Assembly (NCBI RefSeq): GCF_032191835.1
Contig: NC_083225.1
Span: 57,040,001-57,104,000 of the forward strand
Length of the DNA stretch: 64,000 bases
DNA from: Heteronotia binoei
Lineage: Eukaryota
Direction: 5' to 3'
In this document: piece by piece, positions 35,961-50,160 of the stretch
How positions within the stretch are numbered: the stretch's first letter is position 1
How the letters are laid out: every line of letters begins with the position of its first letter
Program-made: the position numbers and the translations under genes
Notes under the pieces: generated by a model
Seen by the model: only the letters and a program-made list of their open reading frames with translations
Databases searched by the model: none
What the model was told of the DNA's origin: nothing

Positions 35961-38776
35961 GTCTGTCTGTCTGTTTGTTTAGACTTATATCCCACTGTCC
36001 CTGTGATGGGCTCAGGGCAGCTAACAATCAGTAAAACACAACATAGAATATAAAATATAAACAATCAAGAAATTACTATATCATAAAATAAATAATTAAA
36101 ATTACACAAAATCTACCCTGCTTCGCTTCCAAAGTCTGATGAAATCAAGCTGGCCTAGGCTATCGAGGTCCGGGCTCTTGTGCATTAAGTCATACCAATA
36201 ATGAACTAAGCTGAAAAATAGCTAAGCTTTTCTTGACTGTGGGAGAGAAGTCAGGAAAGCATGCAGAGTAGTAGATTAGCTACCACTCCCTGAAGATGGC
36301 TTTTCTTGAGCACTTCAAGGTACATTTCAAGATTCATGGTATGTTATGCCTACCATGTACCATCCTTTCTTGCTGGTCCAGCCTCTGTACCTTTTAACAA
36401 ATGAAGCAAGTTTTTTAAAAAATAATAATAATAATAATCTTGCTCATGTTCATTATTATTTTCATTTTAGACAGGTCCTGCCCTTCTCTGTCCTATTTTT
36501 CATCCTGGCTTCTCTCTACCTCCCTTCAACGGGGCATCATATCATAGAGTCTACCCTCTGAAGTGGCTATTTTCCTCTAAGAGAATTGATCTCTGTTGTC
36601 TGGAGATCAGTTAAAATTTCAGCTCTCCAGGACTTGCTTTTAAGTTGGCAACCAGCAACTCATTCTATCTGATGCATCCAAGCCACTATTTATGCTAGGT
36701 ACATTTCCTAGGTGTTCTCAGACTCAGTTCCTTGGGTCTCCGAAAGATTTCTGAGGAACTGGAGGAGACAAGGAGAGTGAAATTCGTTGACAGCCTGGGT
36801 TCAATGAAACCTTTTTGAATGTGGGTGCCAATCTCAACATACATACTTCATTAGGGTCTATTCTTCTGGCACAACTGCTGCCACTTTCATGTCTTAGAAG
36901 GCTATTGCACACTACACATCAGCCACTGCCCTGATCAGTGAATCTGGCTGCTCTCTAGATTAGCCTTCAGTTTCAGTATCTTGCGTTTCTCAAGATAGGG
37001 AAAGACAATTAAGTTTAGAAACCAGATGCTGCATAAGGTTGCCAGTCTTCCTCATTATGGACTTGGGCTCTGTACCATTGCAAAAGCTAAGCTGCTCAGC
37101 ATTTCCAATTACTACATTTCCATGAACAGAAAATCTTCCCCAATTAATTTCTTTTAACACAGCTGCTAAAGGCAAGGGGGCTCTGTGTACAACAAATGAA
37201 AATTAAAGTAGCAACTAATGCCACTTGAAGAATATTTTTGACATTTCTAACTGTTAATTACATTACTCTCTCTGTCTCTACCTGGCTTACTTCACTGTCT
37301 TTCAGTCTAAGGAGAACTTTAAAAAACAGCAAATAAACAAATACTCTTTTCCTGTTTCATGTGCAGATGAGCAAAAACCCCCTGCAAATACTTCCCCATT
37401 GTATCTGTTTTCTCTCCTGTGGTTTCTGAATGACATTTTGCCATTCTTGACTACAACGGTTGGCTTCTGCAGTACATTATTGGCACAGAATGGGGAGAAA
37501 GAAGAAAGAAAATGCTTCATTGTAATATGTTTGAGCTTTAGTACTGACACTTGTTTAAAGTGGAAAAGCAATCTTGTGTGTTGCTTAGAACAACAATAAG
37601 TGCACACATTCAAGGAAACAATTTTTGGTTTTACTTTTGAGTTTTAGACAGTGATTTTTGTTACATGCTGGCTGAGTTACAAAGATCCACAGGTCTCTAA
37701 GAACAAGGTTCGGTTTCCTTCTTTTTTATTTGAACTGGCTTAAGCATGTTGTCAATGTTAGGGATGATTTAAATTTCTCATTGGTTTGTTTTGATATTGA
37801 ATATATTCTCCCCTTGTCACATTGTTTGCACCAAAGTTGAATTAACACAATGACAACCATGTTATCCACTGTGAATTTTCTTTGTACTTTCCATATGTGT
37901 CTTCAGTGTTTTGTATACAAATTGCAAGGACTCTTCTTGTATATAATAGTATTATTGTATATAATACTTTAAAAAATCAAAAGGAATTAACAAAAATGCC
38001 ACATTGCAAGCAACCACAAAGAAAAACTGAAAATATGGGGGGTGGAGGGGAAGAAATGGATAAAAAAGTGAAACAAAGCAAAGCACATTTATGCATCTCT
38101 ATTCCACATGATATGAACAGACCATTCTCCATCATTAAATAATTGGGATACCCCTGCAAGTATATCAGTCTGACTGTTTGACCACCTGAGTTCAAGCTAT
38201 GGGGCTGGATTGCAGTGATCATGCTCAGTGGGTATTCCAGTATTCATTCTCTACAGCTATACAAATTATTTATTACTTTGGATAAATATATGGTTAAATT
38301 TGTGTTAAAAGGGAAAATCTCTAATTCCCAACAAATATCCCCTTTGCAAATGTTGAGAGAGCAGATGTGTGAGGGAGGGGTCATGCTGACTGGCTTTACA
38401 CTCTTACTTGCCCAATCCCCTTCAAGGTTCCATCTGTACAGAATAGTATTGTTATGCAGTAGCTTTATCCTCCATTTTTCTAATATATGGATTGTACATT
38501 TGGAGCCAGGTATATTTGAGTATATGCATGTAGGCCCTATATAAATGGGGTTTGTGGAAGTCAAGGACAGATGCACAGGGCACAATCTTAATCAAACAAC
38601 TGCATATGAAACCTATTGCTTTATAATATCTGCTTAAGTCTCTTCCTCTGGAACTACTAACAAGGAAAATACTGTGAACTTTTTTGTGAAAATTCTGGTG
38701 CCTGTTCCAGTATGGGAAATGGTGAGTTAAATGAAATGCTACTAAAAAAAATAAAAAGTTATATATATGCTTATGA

Positions 38777-38983
38777 TAGGGATGCCAGCCTCCAGGTGGG
38801 ACTTGGGGATCCCCCAGAATTATAGCTCATCTCCGAGTCTAGACCACAGAGATGAATTCCCCTGTAGAAAATGGCTGATTTGGAGGGTAGAATCTATAGC
38901 ATTGCATCCACTGACATCTCTGTCCTTCCCAGGCTCCACCTCCAAGTCTCCAGGGGTTTCCTAACCTGGATCTGGTAACTCTA
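38777..38983. mobile_element. Short hAT (Blackjack-like) MITE
   Basis: TAGGGATGCCAGCCTCCAGG...GATCTGGTAACTCTA; TSD GCTTATGA / GTTTATGA (7/8). Confidence 0.8.
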
Positions 38984-40894
38984 GTTTATGATACACGTAA
39001 CAAATCTATGATATCTACATGCACTTTCAATGCCATTCATATACTGTTCAAGAAAATAATACTAATGAGCTTATTCCATGTTGAATGGTTATAGGAAGTA
39101 AAAGTTATCCTTCTATAATAGTACATAGGTTAGGTAGAGTGCATTAAAAATTTACACTGCCATGCCTTCTCCATCACAAACACAGGTGTGAAGCATAGTT
39201 TGAACAGAAAACTTAATGGCTTTTCTTATTTCGTGATAAGCATGGGGAGTCAGCAAGATTCCTTGGGAGATCTGCTTGCAGAAGAATTTGCATTCCCCAA
39301 TGGAACTCAGCAGGAACTCAGACTCTTTTGGCATCTGAAAATAGGTCTAATTTATATGCATGACTTTTCTGCTAATTATGTTGTGATAAATTACCATGCC
39401 TTTAATATAATAATAGTGATTTGGTTGTACAGTAAATGTTAAATGCAAATCATCCAGTGCTAATGTTTTGAAACTGTTACATCAAACACTTTAATGAATT
39501 AGAACCATCAAACGATTCATAATGGTTTGCATAGTTCACTCAGAGCATAATCCAAAGAAGTCCCTCTATCACCAGCATCTAAAGTGTGTGCTTCAAAATG
39601 TATTGTTTGCAAACCAGCCCAAGACAATAATCTGTGCAAAAATGAGGAAATAATATAATTCTGTACTCATTTGAGTTCCCCTCCTGGCTCTAATGGTATA
39701 ATGGAGTTTTGCGAAGGGCACATTACTTTCTGTTTGCTTCTGGCTACCATATTCCCAGTGGTATGATGTGCATTTTTGCTAAGAAAACTTGGCAGCACAA
39801 ATTGCTTTCCTAGTTTTGACTTGTGGATAAATTGCATAGTTTTGTTACCTAGAATTTGTGCCTTACAAAGTAGTCCAGCCACTGGACAGACTGGAAAATA
39901 TTCAGCTGGTGTTTCCAGGTTCCTTTATCTTTGGTCTAGTACTGGGGATACATATTTTTGTTGCTGTTCTTTAGATTTCACTTATGCTTAAGACTTGAGC
40001 AAGGCTGTTAATGATAGGATGCTTTGGAGGTCTTTAATTCATGGGGTCACCATAAATCAGAAATGACTTGACTGCACTGCACATGTACTCAGTCTTGTTC
40101 TCAGAGTAGCTATTAAGGCTGCATGTCTTCAAGATAGCTTCATGTTTCAGAATTCACACTGTGGGTAGGTAGAAATATTTTCTATCCTTTGTAGTGTTCC
40201 TCACAAGAAAATGGGACTGGAGACAATGTTTGAAGGAAAAGTGAGGCAATTGCACTCCAGCCTAGTAACAAACCAGGTTTAATGTCTGTGGTGGTTTAAT
40301 GTTGGTTAAATGTGACATACAGAAGCAGCCAAGGGTTCACCAGTTGTAAGGCACCTTGATCCATGAAGAAAGCAAAAGCAGAAATGTTTAAATAAATAAA
40401 GTTTAAGAACTACTTCTAACTCAGCCAAGAAGCAAGCCATTCTATTCTCTTCTTACAGGTAGCTCTTTCAGGATGCTTTCAGTTTTGCATGGGGGGTGGG
40501 AAGACCCACAAATGTAAACCATACCTTTTTTCAAGGTAACAAAACACAAAAGGATATGGAATGTGATCTTTCAATGCTATTTAGAATTTGGTCATAACTT
40601 AGAAAGCTTTCTTAGATGGTTTAGAGTAAAAGCCTGATTTCCTACAGGAACAAATTTCATTACACAGGTAAAGGGTTTTAACAAATGGAGCAGGCATGAA
40701 AGCTCCAAATACACATTCATCCCAGCTGGAGATCAGAAGGGAGATTTTGAAACCAATTGCTATTGTGAAAGAAATCCATTAATTTAAGGAGCTGGAATCT
40801 TATGTACTAGGAAGAATGGTTGAGAGGTGGAGAATTTCTTATTATTTGTATGACTTATGGGTCAGGTGGACAGTCATGTTGGCCTGAAGCAATA

Positions 40895-40970
40895 GAAGTG
40901 TGCATGCTCATGAAAGCTTATACGCAGAATTAAGCTTTGTTGGTCTTAAAGGTGCCAGGATTCAAACTTT
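40895..40970 (+). repeat. Penelope-like terminal-repeat remnant
   Basis: CTCATGAAAGCTTATAC...CTTTGTTGGTCTTAAAGGTGCCA. Confidence 0.5.
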
Positions 40971-42659
40971 GCTCTGCCATATGAAGTATGTAAGTAAAGA
41001 GCACGGCGGGGGGGGGGGGGGGGGAGAAAAGAGGCAGAATGTATTGCTATATGGAATTTCTTATTAATTAAAATATGTTTGCTAAATAGCTCATAGACAT
41101 TGTTATATCCCAACACAGAATTTATGTGTTTTAAATTGAATTTTAAAAATCATTTTAAATGTATTTTAATTGCTCAAATGTTTTAACTCTTTTGTATGTT
41201 TGCCTCCTTGTGGGCACTGATCTGGTGCAAAGACAGCATAAAATATTTTAAATGAATAAATAAACCCTATTTTGTCACAGGATAAAAAGGGTTATTGGCA
41301 TTGACTACTAGAATACCCACCTAATGTCTCTGTGCTTAATAGTTTATCCCTAAAGGCCTGTTTGGCTTTGAGCATCCGTTGAGTAATGCTACCCAGGAAC
41401 TTAATATAGACTCTTGATATAATTTCTGAACAGTATTTAGTCACAAATTGTCTATAGCCAAACAGATATCCTGGAAAAAAACCTAGCAAGACCAATGTAC
41501 ATATACAGATACATGAAAGCTTGCAGAAAATGATTAGAGCTACAATCAGCTAACAAATTAGTCTTGGGATAAGTATGCATCACCTAATGAAGTATGAATT
41601 CAAATAGTTTATCAGCAGAATATCTTTTTTTCATGTCTTCTCCCTCCCAGCTGTCATTATGAATAGTTTTGAACCACCCATTTTTGTTACTAGCGCTAGT
41701 GACTCATCTCCTTCTTTTGCAGCATTTATATGTAATTTGTATAGACAATGAGTGTCATTTACATATAGTAACACACAAATTACATGGGAAATATGCACAT
41801 TTTACAGGAAAAAATTAACACAAGGAAATAGAAAATAAATGCATATTGGTTCAGCTTGCAAATACAGAGAGTTTTGAGTCAAACTTTTAGGGATGAGATA
41901 TTTAGTATCCATAGTTATTTGAGTTCTGCATATCTCATTTTGGAAATTCCTCCTTCCATAAAGAAGAACTATCCTTTCATTTTTACAAACAAGAATACTG
42001 GAACCAAGAAGTTTGCTAAACAAACAGAGGAAATATATGCATTGGACTGCACTGACTCCAGTGTTCTGAGCTCTCCCCCCACCCCCAGCCCCCCGACCGC
42101 CTTGATACAATATCCAGCAGTCTGGAATAGAAAAAATAATAATAGGATGCCACTGGGGGATGTAAGATGTCTTAGCTTGAATTGTTTTATTGATTTTAAA
42201 TTTATGTGTTCCCACATTACTGATGTACATTGCCTAGTGCCTCTGGGTTAGTTGTCCCCCAGCATTGAGGGATAGGGCTTTCCTCCTGGGGAACCACTGT
42301 TTCCAATCTCCAGATTAAGGCTGGAGATCACTCAGAATCACAACTGCTATCCAGATGGCAGAGATCAGCTCCCTTTGGGTTATTAGAAGACAGCAAGGGT
42401 GGAGGGCATTCACTGAGAGGCCTTTAGTGGTACCTTTCCAAGTTGGTGGAAAATTTCTGGAGATTCTCTGGTGAAGTTTGAGGAGGGCATACAAGCTTCA
42501 GAGTGGGGTCTGCCAGACACAAGTTCTTACTGTGGAAGCTGACTGGGTAATATCAGAGTAGTCACAGGGTTGTTGTTCAGATCAAAGAAGGGTGAAGAGA
42601 ATGATGTAAGCTGCTTTGGTCTCCCCCACACTGTGAAGAAAGACTGTCTTTTTCCTCTG

Positions 42660-43220
42660 TAGAGGCTGCAGGCAGGGGGAAGACTATGGAAACCTGATGT
42701 CAGAGGAGCAGATAAAGGGATGGCTCCACCTGGGGGTTGGCAACACCATGCTTGGCAGAGTGGCAGGGCAGGAGGATGTAGGAGGAGGTTCCACTATTCA
42801 CCCCCTTTAATGGAGGGAGAATCACTATGGGAGGCAGGCGGTGAACGGGTGGGCTGGCTGATGTGGCAGGCTTGCTGTGGGAGGGGAGGTTGGACAGGTG
42901 AACAGAGTGACAAGAAGGGTGATGGAAGGGCAATAAGAACAGTGATGTATGCATAGCGATTTAGAGGTGCATAGGTAGGTGGGCAGAGCAGCCTGCAGGG
43001 GTGCTGGTGGACAGGAAAAGTGGTGGGAGGCAGGAGATGGTGGGGAGGGCAGATTGGGAAATGAGAGGACAGAGAGAAGACAAGAAAGAGGTATGGATCA
43101 GTATTGAGGGTATGATAGAGATAAGAAGTGACATGTGGAAGAAAAAAGATGGGAGCAAGAGGTGGCACCAGTGGGGGCGGGGGGATGGTGTAGAAAGGCA
43201 GCTGGGGGTGGGTGTCAGGA
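42660..43220. repeat. Purine-rich low-complexity tract
   Basis: Strong G/A bias; the ORFs over it are compositional artefacts. Confidence 0.6.
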
Positions 43221-43750
43221 CAATCATAGAATTTCCCTGTGAAACAAATTTCCACTTGTCTATAATAAAATCTCATCTTTCATTAACCAGTTTCAATTGT
43301 ATGATTGGGTCCAATCCAGAACAAATTGAGTGTAACTAGGTTTCATTGAGAGCAGTGAGATTTCCTATTGTGTTTCCATTGAATCTTAGATGTGTTTAAT
43401 TTTCTTGGGGGTGGTATCTATTTTTTTTAATAGCAGTGTTAATTTCTTGCCCATTTGCTTTCAATTTTTAAAAAATATTTATTTATTTATGGGATTTCTA
43501 TTCCGCCCATCCTGCCAATGCAGGATCAGTTTGACATTATACTTGAAGGTCTCCAAGGATCTTTCATGCCAGTCTTTGTTTAAGTTAATTTCCCACATAA
43601 CAATTAAAGAAGTAGTTTGAGGTAGCTGCATTGGTTCAAAATAAAAAGCTAAATAATAGTCTTGTGACTAAAGTCATTCCACTAGTGCTTAACTTTATCC
43701 AGAAACACTTCTCTTTCATGCTGTTATTTTATGCAGAAGGTGGGAAGAGT

Positions 43751-44516
43751 TGCCCCCCCAGTCAGAATGAAGAGGCTGACACAGTGTGTTGGATAAAAAC
43801 CCAGGCCACTTTATTGAAACATAACTTGAACGAATAAGGATGGCAAGAGGTATAGGCCTACAAGAACAAGCCCTGGGGTCAAAACACAGGACCCCGCCTT
43901 GTCCTAGAAAGGTGAGCCACCCTGCCCCCAGCACGAGGCCACTACCATCTGACTGGTGCTGAGCAGCCAGGCCCAAACTCCACTTCCACCTGTGTCAGCA
44001 TCAATCACTTAGGAAAGATCCGCCCTGGTGAGGCTTTGTCGTGATCTGCACTCCCAGCATTGAACCGTAAAGCCCATCTACCGTTCATACAGACCACCTG
44101 CACCCACTGGTGCAGAGCCATAGGTGCTCCCCTGAAAAGACTGTAGCCAATACCTCATCCTGCCAAGTGACCAAATCTATCAAACTTCACCCCATACTCC
44201 CTACACTATCATGCAGTACAAGGTAGGCAAAAAATAAATTCACACAGGCCAATTCTGTGAATATGAAAAAATTCCTACCTGGCCCCTAATAAGGCGACCG
44301 GTAAAACCTGTACTGCATAGGGCAGGTGGGTGGGCCGAGAGCCACGAGAGAACTGCGCTGCATGGGCGGGAGCCGGGCTTTATAGCCCCGACTCCACGCC
44401 CCCTCCTCCAACTCCCGGATGGCCGGGAAGCCGGCGTCAGCCTCCCTCCTTCCGGGAGGGCAAAGCACGGCCCCCAGCCTAAGACTGGCATTGCCAGTGA
44501 GGCTGGGAAGGGGCCG
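43751..44516 (-). mobile_element. Solo terminal-repeat remnant of an Ngaro-related element (putative A+B repeat)
   Basis: 43900-43933 matches 56914-56947 at 27/34; ACTTTATTGAA at 43808 and at 56840; CpG-rich part with a minus-strand TATA (CTATAAAG, 44378-44385). Confidence 0.55.
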
Positions 44517-45559
44517 ATAAATGTAAAGAATTAATATTCTGATAATAAGGCACACATATTTGTGAATGAAAGCTGCTCAAAGTCTTTTTTAAAACAATGA
44601 AGTATAGTATGCAAATAACAATACCAACTCAGATTTCTTTTTCTAAATTGCATGTGAAACCTAAAAGAACATTTTCTTTGCAGCTGCCCACACTCTGCCT
44701 GCTAAAGTGCATGATCAGAAGAGGGAGGGAGGAAGGAGCCCTTCTGCAGATTGTGGTGTCAGCCTTTTTCCCAAAGTGCTTCTTGCCCAGATTTGTGGAC
44801 ACGCTAGGAGGCAGAACAGACTGATGTCCCAACATGTGTGGGTTGAAGACTATCACATATAATGAGCATATTTGATCAGAAAAGTTTTCACCAGAAATCA
44901 GTACATAAATGTTGTAATGTATAAGTGCCTTGCAGATGTTCTTAACCAGAATGCTAAAGCAGACAATTGTTTAGTTTTGTAATTATGAGATAACAAATGA
45001 CCATTTTAAAAACCACGCAACATCATTTATAGGTGGCAAAACATGTCATTTATACAAAGTATCAGAGGTAAAACATTCATATTAGAGTTAGATTTTCTCA
45101 AGAGAACTTACTGTTTCAATGAATATGCTTACAGTATAGTAAAGAATTGCAGTTATATGCTTCAGTATCAAATAATGTATTAATAATGTGCATAATTTCA
45201 AACATAACTACACTTTATGCCTTTGTGAAATACAAATTCTTTCAACATCCCATGCAGTTTTTGAACTACAGCTGAAGCTACTAGCAATAAGCAAAGTTCC
45301 TTAAGCTTAAAAAATTCTTTTTAAAATGGGGGGAAAGATCTAAAGGAAGAAAAAACTCGAAATCCAGCAACTAAATAATGTCCCTATGCAATTGTTGTCT
45401 ATATGCCATGTGTTAAAATACTAACCTAAATTCCTCAATCCATTGATTTACCAGAGGTGGGCATTTATTTCTCCAATGTTGTAATATGAGTTTTTTAGCT
45501 GGAGTAAGGGCACAAAGTGTTCATTTTAGTTAATCATCAGTTAGCCCCCATGAGACAGG

Positions 45560-46450
45560 CAGATAGTTTAAAAGTACATAAGCATACATAAAAACCAATG
45601 AACATTAATATAAAATTGATACAAGTAATAGCTTTCTCCCAGAAAAATCAAATGACTGGACATGGCCAAAGCATATGTTTAAGGAACACATCCTGTGAGT
45701 TACAACACCAACAGACAGTTTATTCAATCCTTTGTTAAAGAGTTTCTGTGGTGTATTGTATATCCTAAACATTTTTTTTCTAGAATAAATTGCAATTTAA
45801 GATCCAAGGAAAGAACAGGTATAGACTTTAAGACCATATCCCATTGTTTTGGCAAAATAAGGTGATCTAGCTCCTTATTCCATTTATGCCTGAGGCTCTG
45901 TATATCATATTTATTAATCGACATCAAATATTTATAAACAAATATTGTAACTTTCATTTTCTGCATTAATTTAATTAGAGTTTCTAGGAGCAAATGAGAC
46001 TCTGATACACTTATTGCCCAGGGCCATTTTTAGATGCCAACATAAGTTACAGCTGTAAATACTGCCATTCAACGGAAGTAGACCTCAACTGAGAAAAAGA
46101 CAAAATATCATCATCATAATCTATCAACTGGCCCAGTGTAAAAATTACTCTATCAGGACAAGCTTTCCATAATCCCCTCTCCAATTTTTAGGTCTGTATT
46201 GACCCATATTGTTTATTTATCATGTGAAAATGGATCAAATTGATATCATGATATAATGTGCCATTGTTGTCTACCATAAGTAGGTTGCAATGTATTCCTC
46301 TTAGAAAGAGGCACTAGACAAAAAGGCCCCAAAAGAGCCCAAGATGAGTAGTCTGAAAAAACAAATCCTTCTTCGTTGAATGGAAGTTGCATCCTCTTTA
46401 AAGAAATCCGAGGCGATTAGGAACCCTGCATAAATGTATGAAACAAAGTA
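45560..46450 (-). pseudogene. Degraded L1-type LINE ORF2 C-terminal fragment
   Basis: LRHKWNKEL...W......LKLQFI followed by a CW.C-like finger remnant. Confidence 0.55.
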
Positions 46451-47418
46451 TTAATTTTATGAATATGTCTGAAAGATACATAAAATTGAATATAAAATAT
46501 AAATAATCTTTGGTGTAATATTCATCCTGCCAGGCCCTCAGTTGAGGCAGAGGACATCACTTTCTATTAGGCCTCCCCACCCCCTGGTTATTTTGGGATA
46601 CGATGGACCTCTGGAGCAATTGGTCATGACTGTTGAGGCAGAGTTTTTTAAGCCTGTATTTTAACTGTTTTATACTGTAATTTTAATCCTGTTTTTAATT
46701 GTTTAACCTTCCAATGGAACCCGCCCTGAGCCTGCTTGCAGGAAGGGTGGGATATAAATCAGACAAATAGATTAAAATGAAATAAATGAATGTTGTGTGT
46801 ATCTTCTTTCCTCCATTAAAATTGTCACTGAAAATGTCCATAGGGAGACATATTGTTTCTCAGTGGCATCAACTCAGATTTTGCCCAATTAATAGAATAT
46901 TCAGACAAGTCTCCAAAGGTATTATCATATTCATTAATGCAGGAATGGAAGACTGAGGTTCAGAAACAAACATTCAAAGATCATCTGCATAAAATAATTT
47001 TAAATTGCAAAGAGTTAAGTACAAGCCCACAAATATTATCATTTTGTCTGATGGCACAAGCCAGAAGTTTGAATCATAGATAAAAAATAAGAGGAGAAAA
47101 AGGGCAATCTTGACTTGTACCCCTCTCAAGAGGAAATGATGCAGAAAGAATGCTACTTAGTCAGCACCCTGGATTTGGGAGATGAACAGAGAATTCTAAT
47201 CCGCTTCAAATATTTGTGAGGAAAACCAGAAGTGCCTTAGGCCTCATTTGGTACAGGGCTTGCAATTTCAAGAGATTCTGAAAAATGTTCTTATTCTTCA
47301 AGAATCCTAAATTTGCTGCTAATTGCCATTACCCTGGTTGTCCTCAATCCCATTTACTTGGTGGCAGTAGTGGTTGTGGTCTAGTGATGTTGGCTGCTGC
47401 TGCTGCTCCAGAAGTGGT

Positions 47419-47432
47419 GAATCATCATCATT

Positions 47433-47472
<40 letters not shown>

Positions 47473-48670
47473 CATCTTATTTGTATCCCGCCCTCCCCAC
47501 CGAAGCAGGCTCAGGGCGGCTAACAGCAAGAATTCAATACATACATTGTACAATATAACATTTTAACTACAATTTATTAAAATCTATTAAAATTCTAAAA
47601 ACAATAAAATTAATATTTTTGTGCTATTACCCAGATGGCAAGTTTTACTTAGCAGTTTTAGTCGAAACAGGATGGTCTTGCAGGCCCTGCGGAACTGTTC
47701 AAAGTCTCGCAGGGCCCGCATTTCTTCTGGAAGCTGATTCCATAGTTGTGGAGCCATAACAGAGAAAGCCCGAGTGCGGGTACTCTGGAGTTTTGCCTCT
47801 TTTGGCCCGGGGATAGTCAGCAGGTTCTTCCCTGCTGACCTCAGTGCTCTCTGGGGTTCGTGCGGGAAGAGACGGTCCCTAAGGTAGGCAGGTCCTCGGC
47901 CATATAGGGCTTTAAAGGTAATGACCAGCACTTTGTAATGAATCCGGTACGTAACTGGAAGCCAGTGCAGTTCACGCAGCCCCGGCTGTATGTGCTCCCA
48001 CTTAGGGAGCCCCAGCAACAGTCTAGCAGCCGCGTTCTGCACTAGCTGCAGCTTCCGGGTTCGGCACAGAGGCAGCCCCATGTAGAGGGCATTACAGTAA
48101 TCTAATCTCAAGGTGACGGTTGCATGGATCACTGTTGCCAGGTCCCAACGCTCTAGGAAGGGAGCCAACTGCCTCGCCCACCTCAGGTGAAAAAAGGCTG
48201 ACTTGGCAGTGGCTGCTATCTGGGCCTTCATTGATAATGAAGGCTCCAGTAGAACTCCCAGGCTTTTGACTCGGCGCACCGCTTTCAATGGCGCCCCGTC
48301 AAAGACCGGGAGAGATATTTCCCCTCCCAGAGCGCCCCGACCCAAGCAAAGGACCTATGTCTTCGCTGGATTCAATTTCAGCCCACTCAGCCTTAGATAT
48401 TAAATAGCATCGGCGAGAAGACTGCTCCCTGAGGCACCCCACAATGTAGTGTGCGTCTCTGGGAGAGCTCACCCCCGATTGCCACCCTTTGTCCCCGATC
48501 CTCGAGGAAGGAGGAGAGCCATTGTAGGGCCGACCCCCCAACCCCAACATCAGCGAGGCGGCGGGTCAGTAGCCGATGGTCGACCGTGTCGAACGCGGCC
48601 GACAGGTCTAACAGCATCAGCACCGCCACACCGCCTCAATCCAGATGCCGCTGGAGGTCATCCTCCAAGG
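47419..48670 (-). mobile_element. 5'-truncated L2 LINE, same family as 29878-31335, with (ATG)n tail
   Basis: LDLSAAFDTVDH; GVPQGAVFSP; LKLNPAKT; RLDYCNALY; LQLVQNAAARL; WNQLP. (CAT)n run at 47419-47472; internal deletion over the YADD region. Confidence 0.92.
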
Positions 48671-49599
48671 CGACCAGTCTTTCTTTTGTTCTTTTATCCC
48701 TAGCACCTGGAATGTTGCTGCCATAGCAAAATTCAATAGTCATGGACTCCAGAACATGTAGTTTTTCCCCAGAGCACTTGATGTTCATACTAAGAAGATC
48801 AGGTTCCCTGGGAAACCTCCATGTTCCAAAGCTCCTGATCCCTGGGAGAGGGAGGAAGTCTCTGGCTCAGATTATAATCCAAGGTGAATAAGGACTCATA
48901 GAACTTGAATGCTGGCCTCCTACTGAAGGCAAGCTTTACAAATAGTCAAATTTGTGTTATGAACAAAAAAAAATCATGAATCCCAGCAACATTGCTAGCA
49001 GTTACATCTTCTAGATTGTGATAAGCATTTATTTCTGCACAGCTATAGAATATCTATTTATAAGCATAGCAACCTCTACATGGTAATTACTTTTCTAAAC
49101 TTTAATTATAACAAATGTGCATGCATCTACTGTACACTTTAAGATTTATGGTCTCATAGAATTGGCATCAATCAGCTGATTGGCATGGAGGGGAAGGATG
49201 TGGGAACTAAACAACCTTCTCCCCTCCCTCTTAACAGTGGATCAGTGCAATTGTTAATTTGCTGACTGTTCTAAAATGGTAGGACAGCTGACTTTGCTGA
49301 GACCAGCCTCAGCAACTGGATCTGTGAAAGAATTGCATATAGCAGCTGTTGTCAAGGGCAGACTGAAAAACTAAAATGGCCCAAGGAGCAGCCCCTGAGG
49401 TAATACAATGCACCTCAGGGACTACTAAAGGTCACTGGCTTAATCATTACCTCCTCCCACACCACTGTCAACTAGCAATGATGCCAGAGAAGTCAGTCAA
49501 TGAGCTGACAGTGATCACTGTTGCCATTGAAGTACCTGAACCAAGTAGTTCCAGAAGTGCTGACTGACCTACTGGGTCTTGTCTCTGTTTTGTGTTGGC

Positions 49600-50160
49600 T
49601 GCCATCCGCCTCCCAGAAAAGTGGTCCACTAGGAATTTTCTTGTGAGTTAAATGGACTGTATGCCCATCCTGTTTGTGCATGCGATACTGCATCCAGGAA
49701 AGAGAGATACATATGTGGAAGTCTGAGATCAAAGGAATTCAATAATAATGAAAGAAGCTTTCTGGTTCATTCCCATCCCTAATTCAAATTGTTCCTATCA
49801 GCACTACCAGCACAGTCAGTGGTTCACCTCCAGTATCTTTTGTTCCTGTTGCATTCTTCCTCCTTTGACAGGAAGGATTGAAGAGAATATCACCTGTGCC
49901 TCATTCCCTTTAGCTTTCTCCCAAGAGCTTCAAAATCAGGCTTAGTGCTTGTGATGGTGTTCATGGCCATGTTGTTTGTTCCCACATGGACCATCACAAA
50001 TGGTCTGTGAGTTTGATCAGTTTTGGTATCTGGCCTGCAATAATATATTTAATCTTTGCACATGGCAAGCAGCAAATATCTCAGGCTAAGAATTAGGCCT
50101 GGACACATGACATTCCATATCCCTTAGGAGGGAGTCACTGATGACCAACACTTTCCTTTC
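49600..50160 (-). pseudogene. CR1 ORF1 SGNH-esterase remnant
   Basis: Manual translation: RKVLVISDSLLRD...EICCLPCAKIK...PKLIKLTD..FVMVHVGTNN...DFEALGRKLK, with stops and frameshifts. Confidence 0.75.

Noticed and set aside
37369-37599. Candidate terminal exon after a polypyrimidine/CAG acceptor
   Set aside because: The translation resembles no family I recognise; it could be unique non-coding sequence.
41280-41500. Possible L1 RT fragment (IKFLGSIT)
   Set aside because: A single weak motif is insufficient.
42700-43339. Overlapping ORFs up to 160 aa
   Set aside because: Low-complexity purine-rich sequence; no domain or splice structure.
47285-47566. ORF with a poly-His run
   Set aside because: The run is the (CAT)n tail of the minus-strand L2 element.
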